Assembly (NCBI GenBank): GCA_035561915.1
Contig: DATMXC010000066.1
Span: forward strand, 1 to 29,974
Source of the DNA: Gammaproteobacteria bacterium
GTDB taxonomy: Bacteria > Pseudomonadota > Gammaproteobacteria > SURF-13
Length of the DNA stretch: 29,974 bases
Reading direction: 5' to 3'
In this document: positions 16,180 through 25,313 of the stretch, piece by piece
Layout: each line of letters opens with the position of its first letter
Position numbering within the stretch: position 1 is the stretch's first letter
The notes under the pieces: model-generated
Told to the model about the DNA's origin: nothing
What the model saw: only the letters and a program-made list of their open reading frames with translations
The model's database searches: none
Position numbers and translations under genes: made by a program

Positions 16180-17729
16180 CAGAATTGGAAATACAGAAAT
16201 TCGCTGACCTCGGTCAACCCAAGCAAGGCCCATACGCCCGCTACGGCGATCCCCAGCGCCCATATCCGGCTGGGCGCCCAGCGCCCGGTTACTACGCCCA
16301 GCGGCGCGGTTTCCGCCGACTTATGCGGCGCCCAATAGTAACGGCCCATGATCTGCTGAGTGTTCGGCATGAAGAACGTGATCGCCGTCAGCACGCTCAG
16401 CGCGGTAGCGAGCAGCAACTCCGGCGCGGGTTTCACACCGAGCAAGCCCAGCCATTTGGCCAGTTGCGAAGCTTGGATAATATCGGCATAAAACGGCGTC
16501 GCCCCGGATAGCGGGAAGGTGAACATGGCCCTCAACATACGCTCGGCGGTTGAAAAACTGTCGGCGCGGAAAAAGACCCAACCAACCACGACCGCCAAGA
16601 AGGTGACCAGTATCGCCAAGCCGCGGCCCCACCAAGTGCTGCGCTTCAGGTCATGGCCAAGCTTGCGGCGCACGCAATGCCAAGCGTGATTGATCACCAG
16701 GTAACCCCCATGCAGCGCCCCCCATGCGATGAAACTCCAACCAGCGCCGTGCCATAAGCCGCCGAGCAACATGGTCACCATTAAATTGGCGTAGCGCCGC
16801 CCATTGCCGTGGCGGCTGCCGCCAAGCGGTATGTAGAGGTAGTCTCGGAGAAAACGCGATAGGGTCATATGCCAGCGCCGCCAGAAATCGATGATGTTTA
16901 CCGCCTTGTAGGGGGAGTCGAAGTTGAGCGGCAGCCTGACCCCCATCATCAGCGCCAACCCAATCGCCATGTCCGAGTAGCCTGAAAAATCAAAATAAAG
17001 CTGGAAGGTATAGGCAAGCGCGCCGCCCCAGGCATCCAGCATGGATAAGGAGGCTCCCGTCGCGGCCGCGGCGAATACCGGCGTGGCGAACCCGGCAATG
17101 CTGTCGGCGATAACGACCTTCTTGAACAGCCCCAGCACGAAATAGGTCAGCCCGGCAGAAAAATTGAGTGTATCGAAACGATAGATAGACGAATGCCCAA
17201 ACTGCGGCATAATCTCTTTGTGATGCAGCACCGGGCCCGCGATTAAGTGGGGAAAGTAAGTAACGAACAAAGCGTAATGCAAGAACTTGTATTCGCGCGC
17301 TTCGCCCCGATAGGCGTCGACGAGAAAGGCGATTTGCGTGAAGGTAAAAAACGAGATGCCGAGCGGAAGAATGATCTCCCCGACAGTATATACTGACCCC
17401 AGTGCGGCATTCAGGTTGGACAGAAAAAATCCCGCGTATTTGTAATACGCCAAGACCGACAAGTTGGCGGCGATGCCGAAGGTCAACGCGGCTTTTTTCA
17501 CCGCCAACCTGCGCCGACCACCGACGACGGTCCCAATGGTGAAGTTGAACAGAATCGAGGCAATAATCAGGCCGAGGTAGACGGGGTTCCACCAGCCATA
17601 AAAGAACAGCGATGCCGCCACCAGCCAGGCGATGGCCGCACGTTGCTCTCTACCCCTACCCAGGGTGAAAAAGACGATCAGCGTGACCGGTAGGAAAACG
17701 AAAATGAAGAAATATGAATTGAAGAGCAT
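16179..17729 (-). CDS. MBOAT family O-acyltransferase (AlgI/DltB-like), 516 aa
   Basis: MLFNSYFF, LPLGISFFTFTQI, FPHLIAGP, YFDFSGYSDMAIG, FWRRWHMTLS and GLWHG (catalytic His). Confidence 0.93.
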   Translation of the reverse strand: MLFNSYFFIFVFLPVTLIVFFTLGRGREQRAAIAWLVAASLFFYGWWNPVYLGLIIASILFNFTIGTVVGGRRRLAVKKAALTFGIAANLSVLAYYKYAGFFLSNLNAALGSVYTVGEIILPLGISFFTFTQIAFLVDAYRGEAREYKFLHYALFVTYFPHLIAGPVLHHKEIMPQFGHSSIYRFDTLNFSAGLTYFVLGLFKKVVIADSIAGFATPVFAAAATGASLSMLDAWGGALAYTFQLYFDFSGYSDMAIGLALMMGVRLPLNFDSPYKAVNIIDFWRRWHMTLSRFLRDYLYIPLGGSRHGNGRRYANLMVTMLLGGLWHGAGWSFIAWGALHGGYLVINHAWHCVRRKLGHDLKRSTWWGRGLAILVTFLAVVVGWVFFRADSFSTAERMLRAMFTFPLSGATPFYADIIQASQLAKWLGLLGVKPAPELLLATALSVLTAITFFMPNTQQIMGRYYWAPHKSAETAPLGVVTGRWAPSRIWALGIAVAGVWALLGLTEVSEFLYFQF

Positions 17730-17898
17730 TTGCCTACAATCCGCTACCGGGCGTTCAGGCGAGAAAGTGCCGCATCAACCATTTTTCTTTTCGCGGCGAT
17801 GCATAAAAAACGGCATACAATCTCAATTTTCGGGATTCATTGGCGCAGTATAATTGATTAAAATGTGTCATCCAACAAAGCTGAAGATCAGCAATACA

Positions 17899-18464
17899 AC
17901 TCCCAATGATGACTGGTCCGTCGATCTGCTCGCGGCCGCGAGCGCCTGCAGTGAAGGCACCCATAAGCTGCTGGAGGACTACCAGCAGCGACAAACGGAG
18001 GCCGGCGCCATCCCCATGGAATGGTTTCCGGAACCCACGCCAGGTAAGTCTTACTCCTTGAACAGCGCCATTCCCAGGTTGAATGGCGATGTGGTGGCCT
18101 TCGTGGACGATGACCATCGGGTCGATGCGAACTTCCTCGTCAACATCTGCCGGGCGGCCGATTGCCACCCCGATGCCACCCTCTTCTGCGGCCGCATCCT
18201 GCCGGACTGGCGCTTTTCCTACCTGCTGCGCAAGGCCTATCAACGCTCCCGCTCTATTTCCTGGGCATCCCTATGTGGGACGGTCCAGTATACCGGCTCT
18301 ACGACATAATAAACGCCCCGACATGCAAGCAGAACGTCGCGGCGCAACCCGGGCATGGCCATAAAGCTCCGTGCTACCATGTCCGCTTGGCTGGCCCAAG
18401 ACTCGATGTTGCGAGAGGTTGCAGCGAAGAAACCCGCATAGCCGACACGTCCGCGCTTATGTAA
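17899..18464 (+). pseudogene. GT2 glycosyltransferase relic, 5'-truncated and apparently internally deleted, then degenerate; boundaries approximate
   Basis: ASACSEGT, EPTPGKSYSLNSAI, VVAFVDDDH and FCGRILPDW are GT2-like. The first-strand motif is missing, and after LPDW (18210) the sequence jumps to RFSYLLRKAYQRSRS, then stops at 18309. It is GC-rich but oriented opposite to the cluster. Confidence 0.68.
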
Positions 18465-18504
18465 CATACCGTGGAACCACCGCGCCTAGGTGCTGCGTTG
18501 TTTT

Positions 18505-18532
18505 TTGCTACGTTTATAAGCCCCGTTAAATT
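18505..18532 (+). promoter_or_regulatory. Possible sigma70 promoter for the FkbM gene
   Basis: TTGCTA (18505-18510), 16 nt, then TAAATT (18527-18532). Weak match in AT-rich DNA. Confidence 0.25.
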
Positions 18533-18580
18533 CGTTATATGAAGACCTTCACGAATTAAAAATACATAAGGGAGATGGTT

Positions 18581-19444
18581 ATGGGACGTTTATTTACTAC
18601 ACTTGCAAAAGCCTATTTTACGAATTTCCCCATTGAGCGTGGCAAATGGCGGGCTTGGACTATTCTGAATCCGCGCATGAGTCGCACGTATTATAAAAGT
18701 GGCGAACACGTCACCAAGCATGGGTTCAAAATGTATCTGGACCCTCAGCAGTATATAGACAGATTTATCTACATATGGGGACTCTGGGAGCCAGACGAAT
18801 CATACGTGATAAAAAAATTCTTAAGGCCGGGCGATACGTTTGTGGACGTTGGCGCCAATGCTGGATACTTCACATTGCTGGCGTCAGGTCTTGTTGGAAA
18901 CACAGGAAAAGTCTACGCCTTTGAACCCGTGCCACCGACAGTGGACAAACTGAAACGAAACATAAACTTGAATAATGCGACGAACATAATAGTCCATAAT
19001 TATGCTGCCTGTAATTGCAAAGGTACTGTAAAAATAGCAAAAAGAGGTGTAGGAAACGTCTCTGGCCAAAACTCAATGCGATTTGATGAAAGAAGCAGTG
19101 AGCACTGGGAGGCTCCTGCGGTGCGGCTGGACACAGTAATTCCGCCACAGGAACATATACGACTCATAAAAATCGATGTAGAAGGTGCAGAATTACTTGC
19201 ACTGAAAGGCCTCAAGCAGCTCCTTGATTCTGATAACGGGCCCATGGTGTTGTGTGAGGTTACTGACTCTTACCTGAAGGAACTTGGCGCCACCGCCCAG
19301 GAACTCTATCAGTTTATGGAGGCATCAGGGTATCGCTATATATATGATTGCCATAATCGACGATTTTCACCAATGACGGCAAAGACGCTTAGTGACAATC
19401 ATTTTCAACTTAATCTCCTATTCTCCAAAAATCCAATCAATTAA
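18581..19444 (+). CDS. FkbM family methyltransferase, 287 aa
   Basis: FVDVGANAGYF, YAFEPVP and LIKIDVEGAE. The RBS AGGGAG is correctly spaced for the ATG at 18581. Confidence 0.9.
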   Translation: MGRLFTTLAKAYFTNFPIERGKWRAWTILNPRMSRTYYKSGEHVTKHGFKMYLDPQQYIDRFIYIWGLWEPDESYVIKKFLRPGDTFVDVGANAGYFTLLASGLVGNTGKVYAFEPVPPTVDKLKRNINLNNATNIIVHNYAACNCKGTVKIAKRGVGNVSGQNSMRFDERSSEHWEAPAVRLDTVIPPQEHIRLIKIDVEGAELLALKGLKQLLDSDNGPMVLCEVTDSYLKELGATAQELYQFMEASGYRYIYDCHNRRFSPMTAKTLSDNHFQLNLLFSKNPIN

Positions 19445-19512
19445 GGCGAACCTCTTGCCTAACCCCGATGAAAGGGAAGAAGACAGCTCCATAGCTATTT
19501 CTTTCGGTTAAG

Positions 19513-20586
19513 CTAGTTTCTCGAATTCTGGTAGGTTTTCAGAATAATACTTGCCAGTCGCTTGTTATAGGTTTCATTGCGAAATTTATCAATCACATGG
19601 CGTCTGGCATTACTCCCGAGCCTAATCGCCTCATCTGGATTGGCCAATAAGTAGCGCATTGCACGATGAAGCTGATCTACGTTTCCAGGCTCAACCACTA
19701 ACGCGGTTTCACTATCCGAAATATAGTCTTTAATTCCTTGTGACCGGCTAATAATTGAGGCCTTGCCCATGGCCATTGACTCAAGAACGCTATTGACCCC
19801 TCCCGCATGCGGAAGATCCTTCAGCGGCACCACGACAAAACGTGCCTTGGCATACAAGGCCTTTAGTTCATCGAAAGAAACACGTTCTTTCATGATATGA
19901 ACATTATCCGGAAGAGCGAGTTCTGCCAATGATTGTTCGTTTGTCTTTATTAGGACTTCCGCATCAATATTTCTGGACGCTTCAATCAGGGTCTTGAAAT
20001 CTCGACCCACATCATTTCCAATACTAAATATATAGTTTTCTTGCCTCACATCTTGAGGTTTATAATAATCAGTATTTATTGCATGATAAATTATTTCCGG
20101 CTTACACCGTTCGCCATAAATCTGCTTTAGAAGATCCGCCTGATTATTTCCACGCAACAAAACCGCCTGTGCACGTGGCAAAACAAAGTCCAACACCCTC
20201 TTTCTCGCCTGCCAATCAAAGCTGATTGCCGGATCCAAGATTAAAATAGGCGTTTTAAACCGAAAAATCTGTTTAAAAAAAAGCAAAACCAGGGCAGATG
20301 ATTCGCCAACTGCCAGGATAGCATCATATTTTTTTAACGACACTAACACCCTTATTGCCCTAAATATATCGACTCCTGCATAGAGCGAATGCATGTTCCT
20401 GAAAGGATTTATCGGAAATGGGAATGGATCAATGATGGTAATTTTAAATGACACTCCATCGACAGTGCTGTTCATCAAGCCTGAAAATCTGTTATCAGTT
20501 TCGCCTCTGGCATAACCTTTCTTTAAACTCTTTTTTGATATTGTATTGTCCAGAATGGCCAAACGCAGTGAATTTTCTATACTCAT
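19513..20586 (-). CDS. Glycosyltransferase family 4 (AT-rich), 357 aa
   Basis: FSIGNDVGRDF, YAKARFVVVP and GVNSVLESMAMGKASI (E-X7-E-like region), plus ETALVV. Confidence 0.88.
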   Translation of the reverse strand: MSIENSLRLAILDNTISKKSLKKGYARGETDNRFSGLMNSTVDGVSFKITIIDPFPFPINPFRNMHSLYAGVDIFRAIRVLVSLKKYDAILAVGESSALVLLFFKQIFRFKTPILILDPAISFDWQARKRVLDFVLPRAQAVLLRGNNQADLLKQIYGERCKPEIIYHAINTDYYKPQDVRQENYIFSIGNDVGRDFKTLIEASRNIDAEVLIKTNEQSLAELALPDNVHIMKERVSFDELKALYAKARFVVVPLKDLPHAGGVNSVLESMAMGKASIISRSQGIKDYISDSETALVVEPGNVDQLHRAMRYLLANPDEAIRLGSNARRHVIDKFRNETYNKRLASIILKTYQNSRN

Positions 20587-20834
20587 GATGCTTCACCCAT
20601 GCCACGTCCTCGACGGATAAACCGTCCACCCTCAGCCCAGTGACATCGTCCACCACCGAAGCGGCGGTAGGCCTCGTCGTACCACACCGGCGTGCCGCCC
20701 TTGCTCGGCCGGAACAGCTCGGTGATGAGGGGGTAGTTATACGGACTCACGCCTTGCCCTGCCATGTTCGCATCAATCCTCTAATGCAGATCTTCTTCGG
20801 CTCCCGTCACCGCTACACGCCGGAGTTCGTTCAC
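20583..20834 (-). pseudogene. Relic of an unidentified gene between GT2 and GT4
   Basis: The GTG at 20834 overlaps the GT2 stop (GTGA). The frame reads MNELRRVAVTGAEEDLH*RIDANMAGQGVSPYNYPLITELFRPSKGGTPVWYDEAYRRF, with an in-frame TAG at 20781-20783, and ends with TGA overlapping the GT4 ATG. A shifted frame near 20650 gives protein-like VVDDVTGLRVDGLSVEDVAWVKHHE. Confidence 0.45.
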
Positions 20835-21763
20835 AACCCTCGCAGCACCGAGGCGATATCCCTCAGCCCATCCACAATCCGGCCCGAGGCGAGGGTGGGC
20901 AACACTGCCCGTATCGCTTTACTCCGGTGTCCGCGGCGCAGGAGTACATATGCCAGATTGAGCCGGGACCGGCGCAAGGCTCGGCGCCAGCCCAGCTTCA
21001 CCGCACGGCGCGCATCTGCAAGCGGTTGGCGCAAGGCAAGCAACGCCTCCACCGTGAGTTCCTGGGACTGCAACGGGTCGCGTCGCGTCGCGCTGTGCTC
21101 GTAGATGTAGTAGATCGCCATAGGCCGGCACATCACCCCGATGCGCCGGCTCGCAGCACACAGCCTGATGAGCAGGTTGACATCCTCGCACACCCGAAAT
21201 CCGAGGGGATAGCCGCCCATCCCGAGAAAGGCCGCACGCGGCACGCTCAGGGTGTGGGTGTCGCCGAAGTGCTCGTCAACAAATGCCGCAATCTCCTCGT
21301 CCCGCTCCATCACCACCCTGCCATCCGGGCCGGCCCGCCCGAGCAGCATCCGTCCGGCCTGGGTGTTTTCCATGGAGCGGCGCAGCAGCGCGCCCTCAGG
21401 AGACCGGTACTCCTGGTCGCCGGTGAGGAAATCCAGGTGGGGGTCCTCGGCGATCCACTCTGCATGCCAGCGCAGCCGGTCGGGATAGTAAAGGTCATCG
21501 GCGTCGAGAAACGCCAGCCACTCTCCCGTGGCAAGCCGCGCCCCCGCGTTGCGCGCCGCTGCGACACCCGCGTTGGTCTGGTATACGTAGCGAACGCGCT
21601 CGCCGTAGCCGCCCACGACCTCCGCCGTGTCGTCGGTGGAGCCGTCGTCCACCACGATGATCTCGTGCGCCGGGTAGCTCTGTGCCAGGACCGATTCGAT
21701 GGCCCGGCCAATCGTGACCGCCCCATTGCAGACGGCAATAGTGACCGAGAAACGCGGGAGCAC
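20831..21763 (-). CDS. Glycosyltransferase family 2, 310 aa
   Basis: FSVTIAVCN, IIVVDDGSTDDT, NAGVAAARN, FLDADD and CEDVNL; GTG start 1 nt after the upstream stop. Confidence 0.92.
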   Translation of the reverse strand: MLPRFSVTIAVCNGAVTIGRAIESVLAQSYPAHEIIVVDDGSTDDTAEVVGGYGERVRYVYQTNAGVAAARNAGARLATGEWLAFLDADDLYYPDRLRWHAEWIAEDPHLDFLTGDQEYRSPEGALLRRSMENTQAGRMLLGRAGPDGRVVMERDEEIAAFVDEHFGDTHTLSVPRAAFLGMGGYPLGFRVCEDVNLLIRLCAASRRIGVMCRPMAIYYIYEHSATRRDPLQSQELTVEALLALRQPLADARRAVKLGWRRALRRSRLNLAYVLLRRGHRSKAIRAVLPTLASGRIVDGLRDIASVLRGL

Positions 21764-21764
21764 G

Positions 21765-23018
21765 CTATCGCGCCTCCATCACGCCGCTGCGAAAGCGCGG
21801 CGCCGTGAGCATCAACAGCGGCAGCACGAGTAGCGCCAAGCCGGTGAACCAGGCGAGCTGGCGCAGGCGCGGGATCTCCGCCAGACGCGCCAGCCAGAAA
21901 TGCAACCGGACGGGCCAGGCCGATGCGATCAAGTCCGGCACGCGCCGATGCATGGCCTCTGCCAGCTCCTCTGTCGACATGAATGCAAGGCCTGGGAAGC
22001 GTGCCAACGCGCCTTCCAGGAGCCGCGCCAGTTCCTTGAGGGCAGCTTCGCAGGAAGCTGCGTCGCCGACAAAATTGAAGCGGTGCGTCTCCAACAGCGC
22101 CGGACGGCCCAGCCGGCTCTTGGCCGCGAGGGCAGCGAGGGCCTGCTCCGCAGTGTGGCCCCAGGTGGGCTCGAAGTAGGCATCCCGCACCACGTACACG
22201 AGACCCCCGCCACCCATCTGTCCGTTGTAAATCGGCGGACCCGCACGATCCGGCGCGCCGTTAAGCCCCCGGCCCTCGTAGCGTCGCCCCGGCGTCACGA
22301 TCACGGTCACGCCGGCGCGGGCCCATGCATCCTCCACCGCGGCAGTCCACACAAAAGTTGGTGGGACAGCTACGCTCGGAGGAACACCCAGGATAGCCTT
22401 GAAGGCCTCCGTTTCCTCCTGGACTGCTTTCTCGACCTCCGCTTCGGACAGGGGCTGCGAGGGTAGCATGCTGGCATCGGTCCAGCGGCTCTGTAAATGG
22501 GACGGCAGACACGCACTATCCGCAATCCCCTCTGAGAGGAACCAAGCCCTAATCGTCGCATCCGACGCTGCTAGCGACATCAGCGTCGGCGGCCAATAGT
22601 GCTCCATGCCGTGCAACTGGGGGACAAACACGCCTGTTCGTCGCCCTTCCTCTATGGCTTGTAGCAGCGCGGCGAACCTCCTGTCCGCGAGTGTGACGCG
22701 CCGATAACTGAACGATTGCTCTCGCGCCATGCCCTGTGTGTCGGCGACGGCGAGAACCATGCCGAGTGTCATGACAGGCGGCCGTCCCCGGCTGTCCCGG
22801 AACGGCCTGAGCACCCCCGCAAGCGCCCGCAGGCGATCGGCGTGAAGTTCCGGCCCCGGGCCCCAATCATCGCTCTCCAGGACCAGCACCGGCCGATTGA
22901 GCACGGGCTCTGCCCAAGCGGCGTGCGCCTGCCCCCGGTACCGCCAGACGATCGCCGCCCACCCGGCCAACCACAACACGGCGAGCAATGCCAAGCCCAT
23001 CGCCACCCTAGAAAGCAT
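21765..23018 (-). CDS. Membrane-anchored polysaccharide deacetylase-like protein (ESDDWG type), about 417 aa
   Basis: N-terminal TM, LESDDWG (motif 1-like), QLHGMEH (HxxxH metal motif), VPPTF and a C-terminal hydrophobic helix. The start overlaps the sulfotransferase end. Confidence 0.7.
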   Translation of the reverse strand: MLSRVAMGLALLAVLWLAGWAAIVWRYRGQAHAAWAEPVLNRPVLVLESDDWGPGPELHADRLRALAGVLRPFRDSRGRPPVMTLGMVLAVADTQGMAREQSFSYRRVTLADRRFAALLQAIEEGRRTGVFVPQLHGMEHYWPPTLMSLAASDATIRAWFLSEGIADSACLPSHLQSRWTDASMLPSQPLSEAEVEKAVQEETEAFKAILGVPPSVAVPPTFVWTAAVEDAWARAGVTVIVTPGRRYEGRGLNGAPDRAGPPIYNGQMGGGGLVYVVRDAYFEPTWGHTAEQALAALAAKSRLGRPALLETHRFNFVGDAASCEAALKELARLLEGALARFPGLAFMSTEELAEAMHRRVPDLIASAWPVRLHFWLARLAEIPRLRQLAWFTGLALLVLPLLMLTAPRFRSGVMEAR

Positions 23019-23931
23019 ACCCCATGTCGCGGGCCGCATCCAGGACCGACGGCAGCACCCGTTCAATGCGCTCCCGGTTTCGCCCAGCCTTCCACTTATC
23101 AAGGCGGATCTCGGAGAATGCATTGTAGGGACGCGAGATGACCGTCGCGCAGTGCCGTTCGAGCTCCGGGGTAAACGACAGCCCGCAGGCGTCGAACGCT
23201 CGGCGGAATCCGGCAACCGGGTCGCGCACCAGGTCCTCGTATACGATCTCGATCCACTGGCGCGCAGGAACCGCCTTGCGGGCATCAAGAATCGCCCGAT
23301 TCATCGCGGTATACTGGAACGCACAAACCTCCTCGATGGACGCGTTCAGGTATTGGCGCCATCCCTCTGCCAGGAAGAAGCACCAGCGCCGGTATTTCCC
23401 ACCGTCAATGGCCACCTCTGCCGGAAGTCCCGCCGACCAAGTGGCGAACTGGTCCGGTCTATCCCAACCCTCGATAAGCGAATTGATGTTGTCGCCGGGG
23501 CTGCGCTTCACGTATACGAAGTAGGCATCCGGGAACAATGCCTGCAAGTAGCGCACGCACAGGCCGTTCTGGTTGTTCTTGTCCACGAATCTGGTACGGC
23601 CGCTCCAGACGTAGAAGTAGCGGGCCACAAAGTCCCTGTCGCGCTCGCTCGCATCTGCCGCGGAGAGCGCGTGGCTGCTCCAGCCTTTCTCCGCAAGGGG
23701 ATGCAGCCCAGCCCAGAAGTCATGGGTCTCGCGCTGGATGGTGCCCAACTCCGGTGATTCGGAAAAGGTCTTGTACACCAGGGTAGTGCCGGCGCGGCTG
23801 CAACCCACGACAAATATCGGTTTCAACGCAGGGATGGGGCGCAGATCCCAATATACGCCCCGGAAAGCCCTGAGCGTGGCCAGCCCGTGGTGGCGTAACG
23901 TCTTTTCCACCTTTGTCCAGAAATCGTTCAT
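23008..23931 (-). CDS. Sulfotransferase (Sulfotransfer_3-like), about 307 aa
   Basis: PIFVVGCSRAGTT (5'-PSB), FVDKN, YVKRSPGDNINS (3'-PB) and IVYEDLVRDP. The start could be 23964. Confidence 0.85.
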   Translation of the reverse strand: MNDFWTKVEKTLRHHGLATLRAFRGVYWDLRPIPALKPIFVVGCSRAGTTLVYKTFSESPELGTIQRETHDFWAGLHPLAEKGWSSHALSAADASERDRDFVARYFYVWSGRTRFVDKNNQNGLCVRYLQALFPDAYFVYVKRSPGDNINSLIEGWDRPDQFATWSAGLPAEVAIDGGKYRRWCFFLAEGWRQYLNASIEEVCAFQYTAMNRAILDARKAVPARQWIEIVYEDLVRDPVAGFRRAFDACGLSFTPELERHCATVISRPYNAFSEIRLDKWKAGRNRERIERVLPSVLDAARDMGYAF

Positions 23932-24003
23932 ACCTGCATTCCGCTGGGAAGGCTCAGAAGACATTCGGCGCGGGGACGTCGGTGCTGCGTATGCAACCGG
24001 CCA

Positions 24004-25281
24004 TCAGACGCCCTTCCCTAATCTTGATGTGCGCGTGAGCGCGCTCCCCCACTCCACTGGCTTCTCCTGCTCTTTTCCGGCAAGCCGCTGAAGCACCAGC
24101 ACCTTGAGAATCACCACAGCTGCAATCAGGTGGTAGAACAGATCGAAGTAGGCCTGGCTGATAAATGCCCCGCCCACGGCATAGCCCACGAGGGCCACTT
24201 GGATCATGGCGGCAAGGTCCCCCATCCATCTGGCATCCAGGTCCTTATTGACCTTGCGACGTATCCACGAGGCGGTCATCCAGGTGGTTATTCCAAGCAG
24301 CAGGAACAAGCCGAGGCCCACGTAACCGTGCTCGCCTAGCATCTGGAAATAGATGCTGTGCGCTGCCCTGTGGCGGCCGGCGGTGATCTCAAACCCGCCG
24401 CCTACGATGGGGCGCTCATTGGCGATCTCTATCGCGAACTTCCAAGCCTCTACGCGACCCATCGCGGAGGCATCCTCCTCGTAGGTCTCGATGGTGTGCA
24501 TGCGCGCCTTCCACTCCTCCGGCATGAAGCTGATGGCAGAGTAAACGGTCAGTCCGAGAACAATCGAGAGCATCACCTTTTTCCGGGTCTTGAGGAAGAG
24601 CATGAGAAGCACGGCCGCGAGACCGAGAAACGCCCCCCGCGAGTGCGTGCCCACCACCGCAAACGGGGTAAGAATCATGGCCGCCATCAGACCGTAACGG
24701 AGCCATCGGCTCTCGGTCTTGAGCTGCAGGTAGCGCATGAGGGGAATGGTCATGTTCAGGGCAGTGCCTATCTCCCCGTTCGTCCCGATGAGCGTGCCCT
24801 GGGGCCCAAGCACATTATGGGCACCGCCGGTAGTAATCGTAAAAATCCCACCTTTGACGCCATAAAAACCGAGCGACAGTACAATAACCCAAATGAGGAG
24901 GTCCAGACGCTTGGGATCATTGATAAGCACCAACGTGACAAAGACGAACAGTTGCACCTTCCAGACCTTGTCCCACTTGAACCAGGCCGCCTCCGGAATC
25001 ACTGCAAAGAATGTCGTAAAGAACATCCACATGACGAAAATCAGCAGCAGAACGCTCTCGCGTGTCCATGGGATGCGCTTTGACTCCTTGGACGCAAACA
25101 GCGCCACCAAGGTGGTGACTGCCACAATTTCGGCGAAGGGAAAATCGTAGGCGAAGCCCCATGCCAGCCGGTGCGGGTTCATGTACCCCAGCCAGGACCA
25201 CACCAGTACCCCGATGTAGGGTTCCCGAAGAATAAAGAACAGGCTTGCAAACACGACGCCTGTGACGAAGATATCACGCAA
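24004..25281 (-). CDS. Putative O-glycosylation ligase (Wzy_C/O-antigen ligase-like), exosortase A system-associated type, about 425 aa
   Basis: N-terminus (M)RDI...PYIGVLVWSWLGYMNPHRLAWGFA, THSRGAFLG, SAMGRVEAW, GGGF and AHSIYFQMLGEHGYVGL. The TTG start is 8 nt from GGAGG. Confidence 0.87.
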   Translation of the reverse strand: MRDIFVTGVVFASLFFILREPYIGVLVWSWLGYMNPHRLAWGFAYDFPFAEIVAVTTLVALFASKESKRIPWTRESVLLLIFVMWMFFTTFFAVIPEAAWFKWDKVWKVQLFVFVTLVLINDPKRLDLLIWVIVLSLGFYGVKGGIFTITTGGAHNVLGPQGTLIGTNGEIGTALNMTIPLMRYLQLKTESRWLRYGLMAAMILTPFAVVGTHSRGAFLGLAAVLLMLFLKTRKKVMLSIVLGLTVYSAISFMPEEWKARMHTIETYEEDASAMGRVEAWKFAIEIANERPIVGGGFEITAGRHRAAHSIYFQMLGEHGYVGLGLFLLLGITTWMTASWIRRKVNKDLDARWMGDLAAMIQVALVGYAVGGAFISQAYFDLFYHLIAAVVILKVLVLQRLAGKEQEKPVEWGSALTRTSRLGKGV

Positions 25282-25313
25282 ACTCAAACCCTCCGCTTAC
25301 CACCCGATATGAC

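Noticed and set aside
17741-17752. ops/JUMPstart-like sequence upstream of the MBOAT gene
   Set aside because: CCCGGTAG matches only 6/8 of GGCGGTAG and lacks the downstream TG and surrounding conserved context.
18482-18506. Intrinsic terminator (GCGCC-TAG-GTGC plus T6)
   Set aside because: The stem is short with a G-U pair and a 3-nt loop, and the T-run is displaced from the stem.
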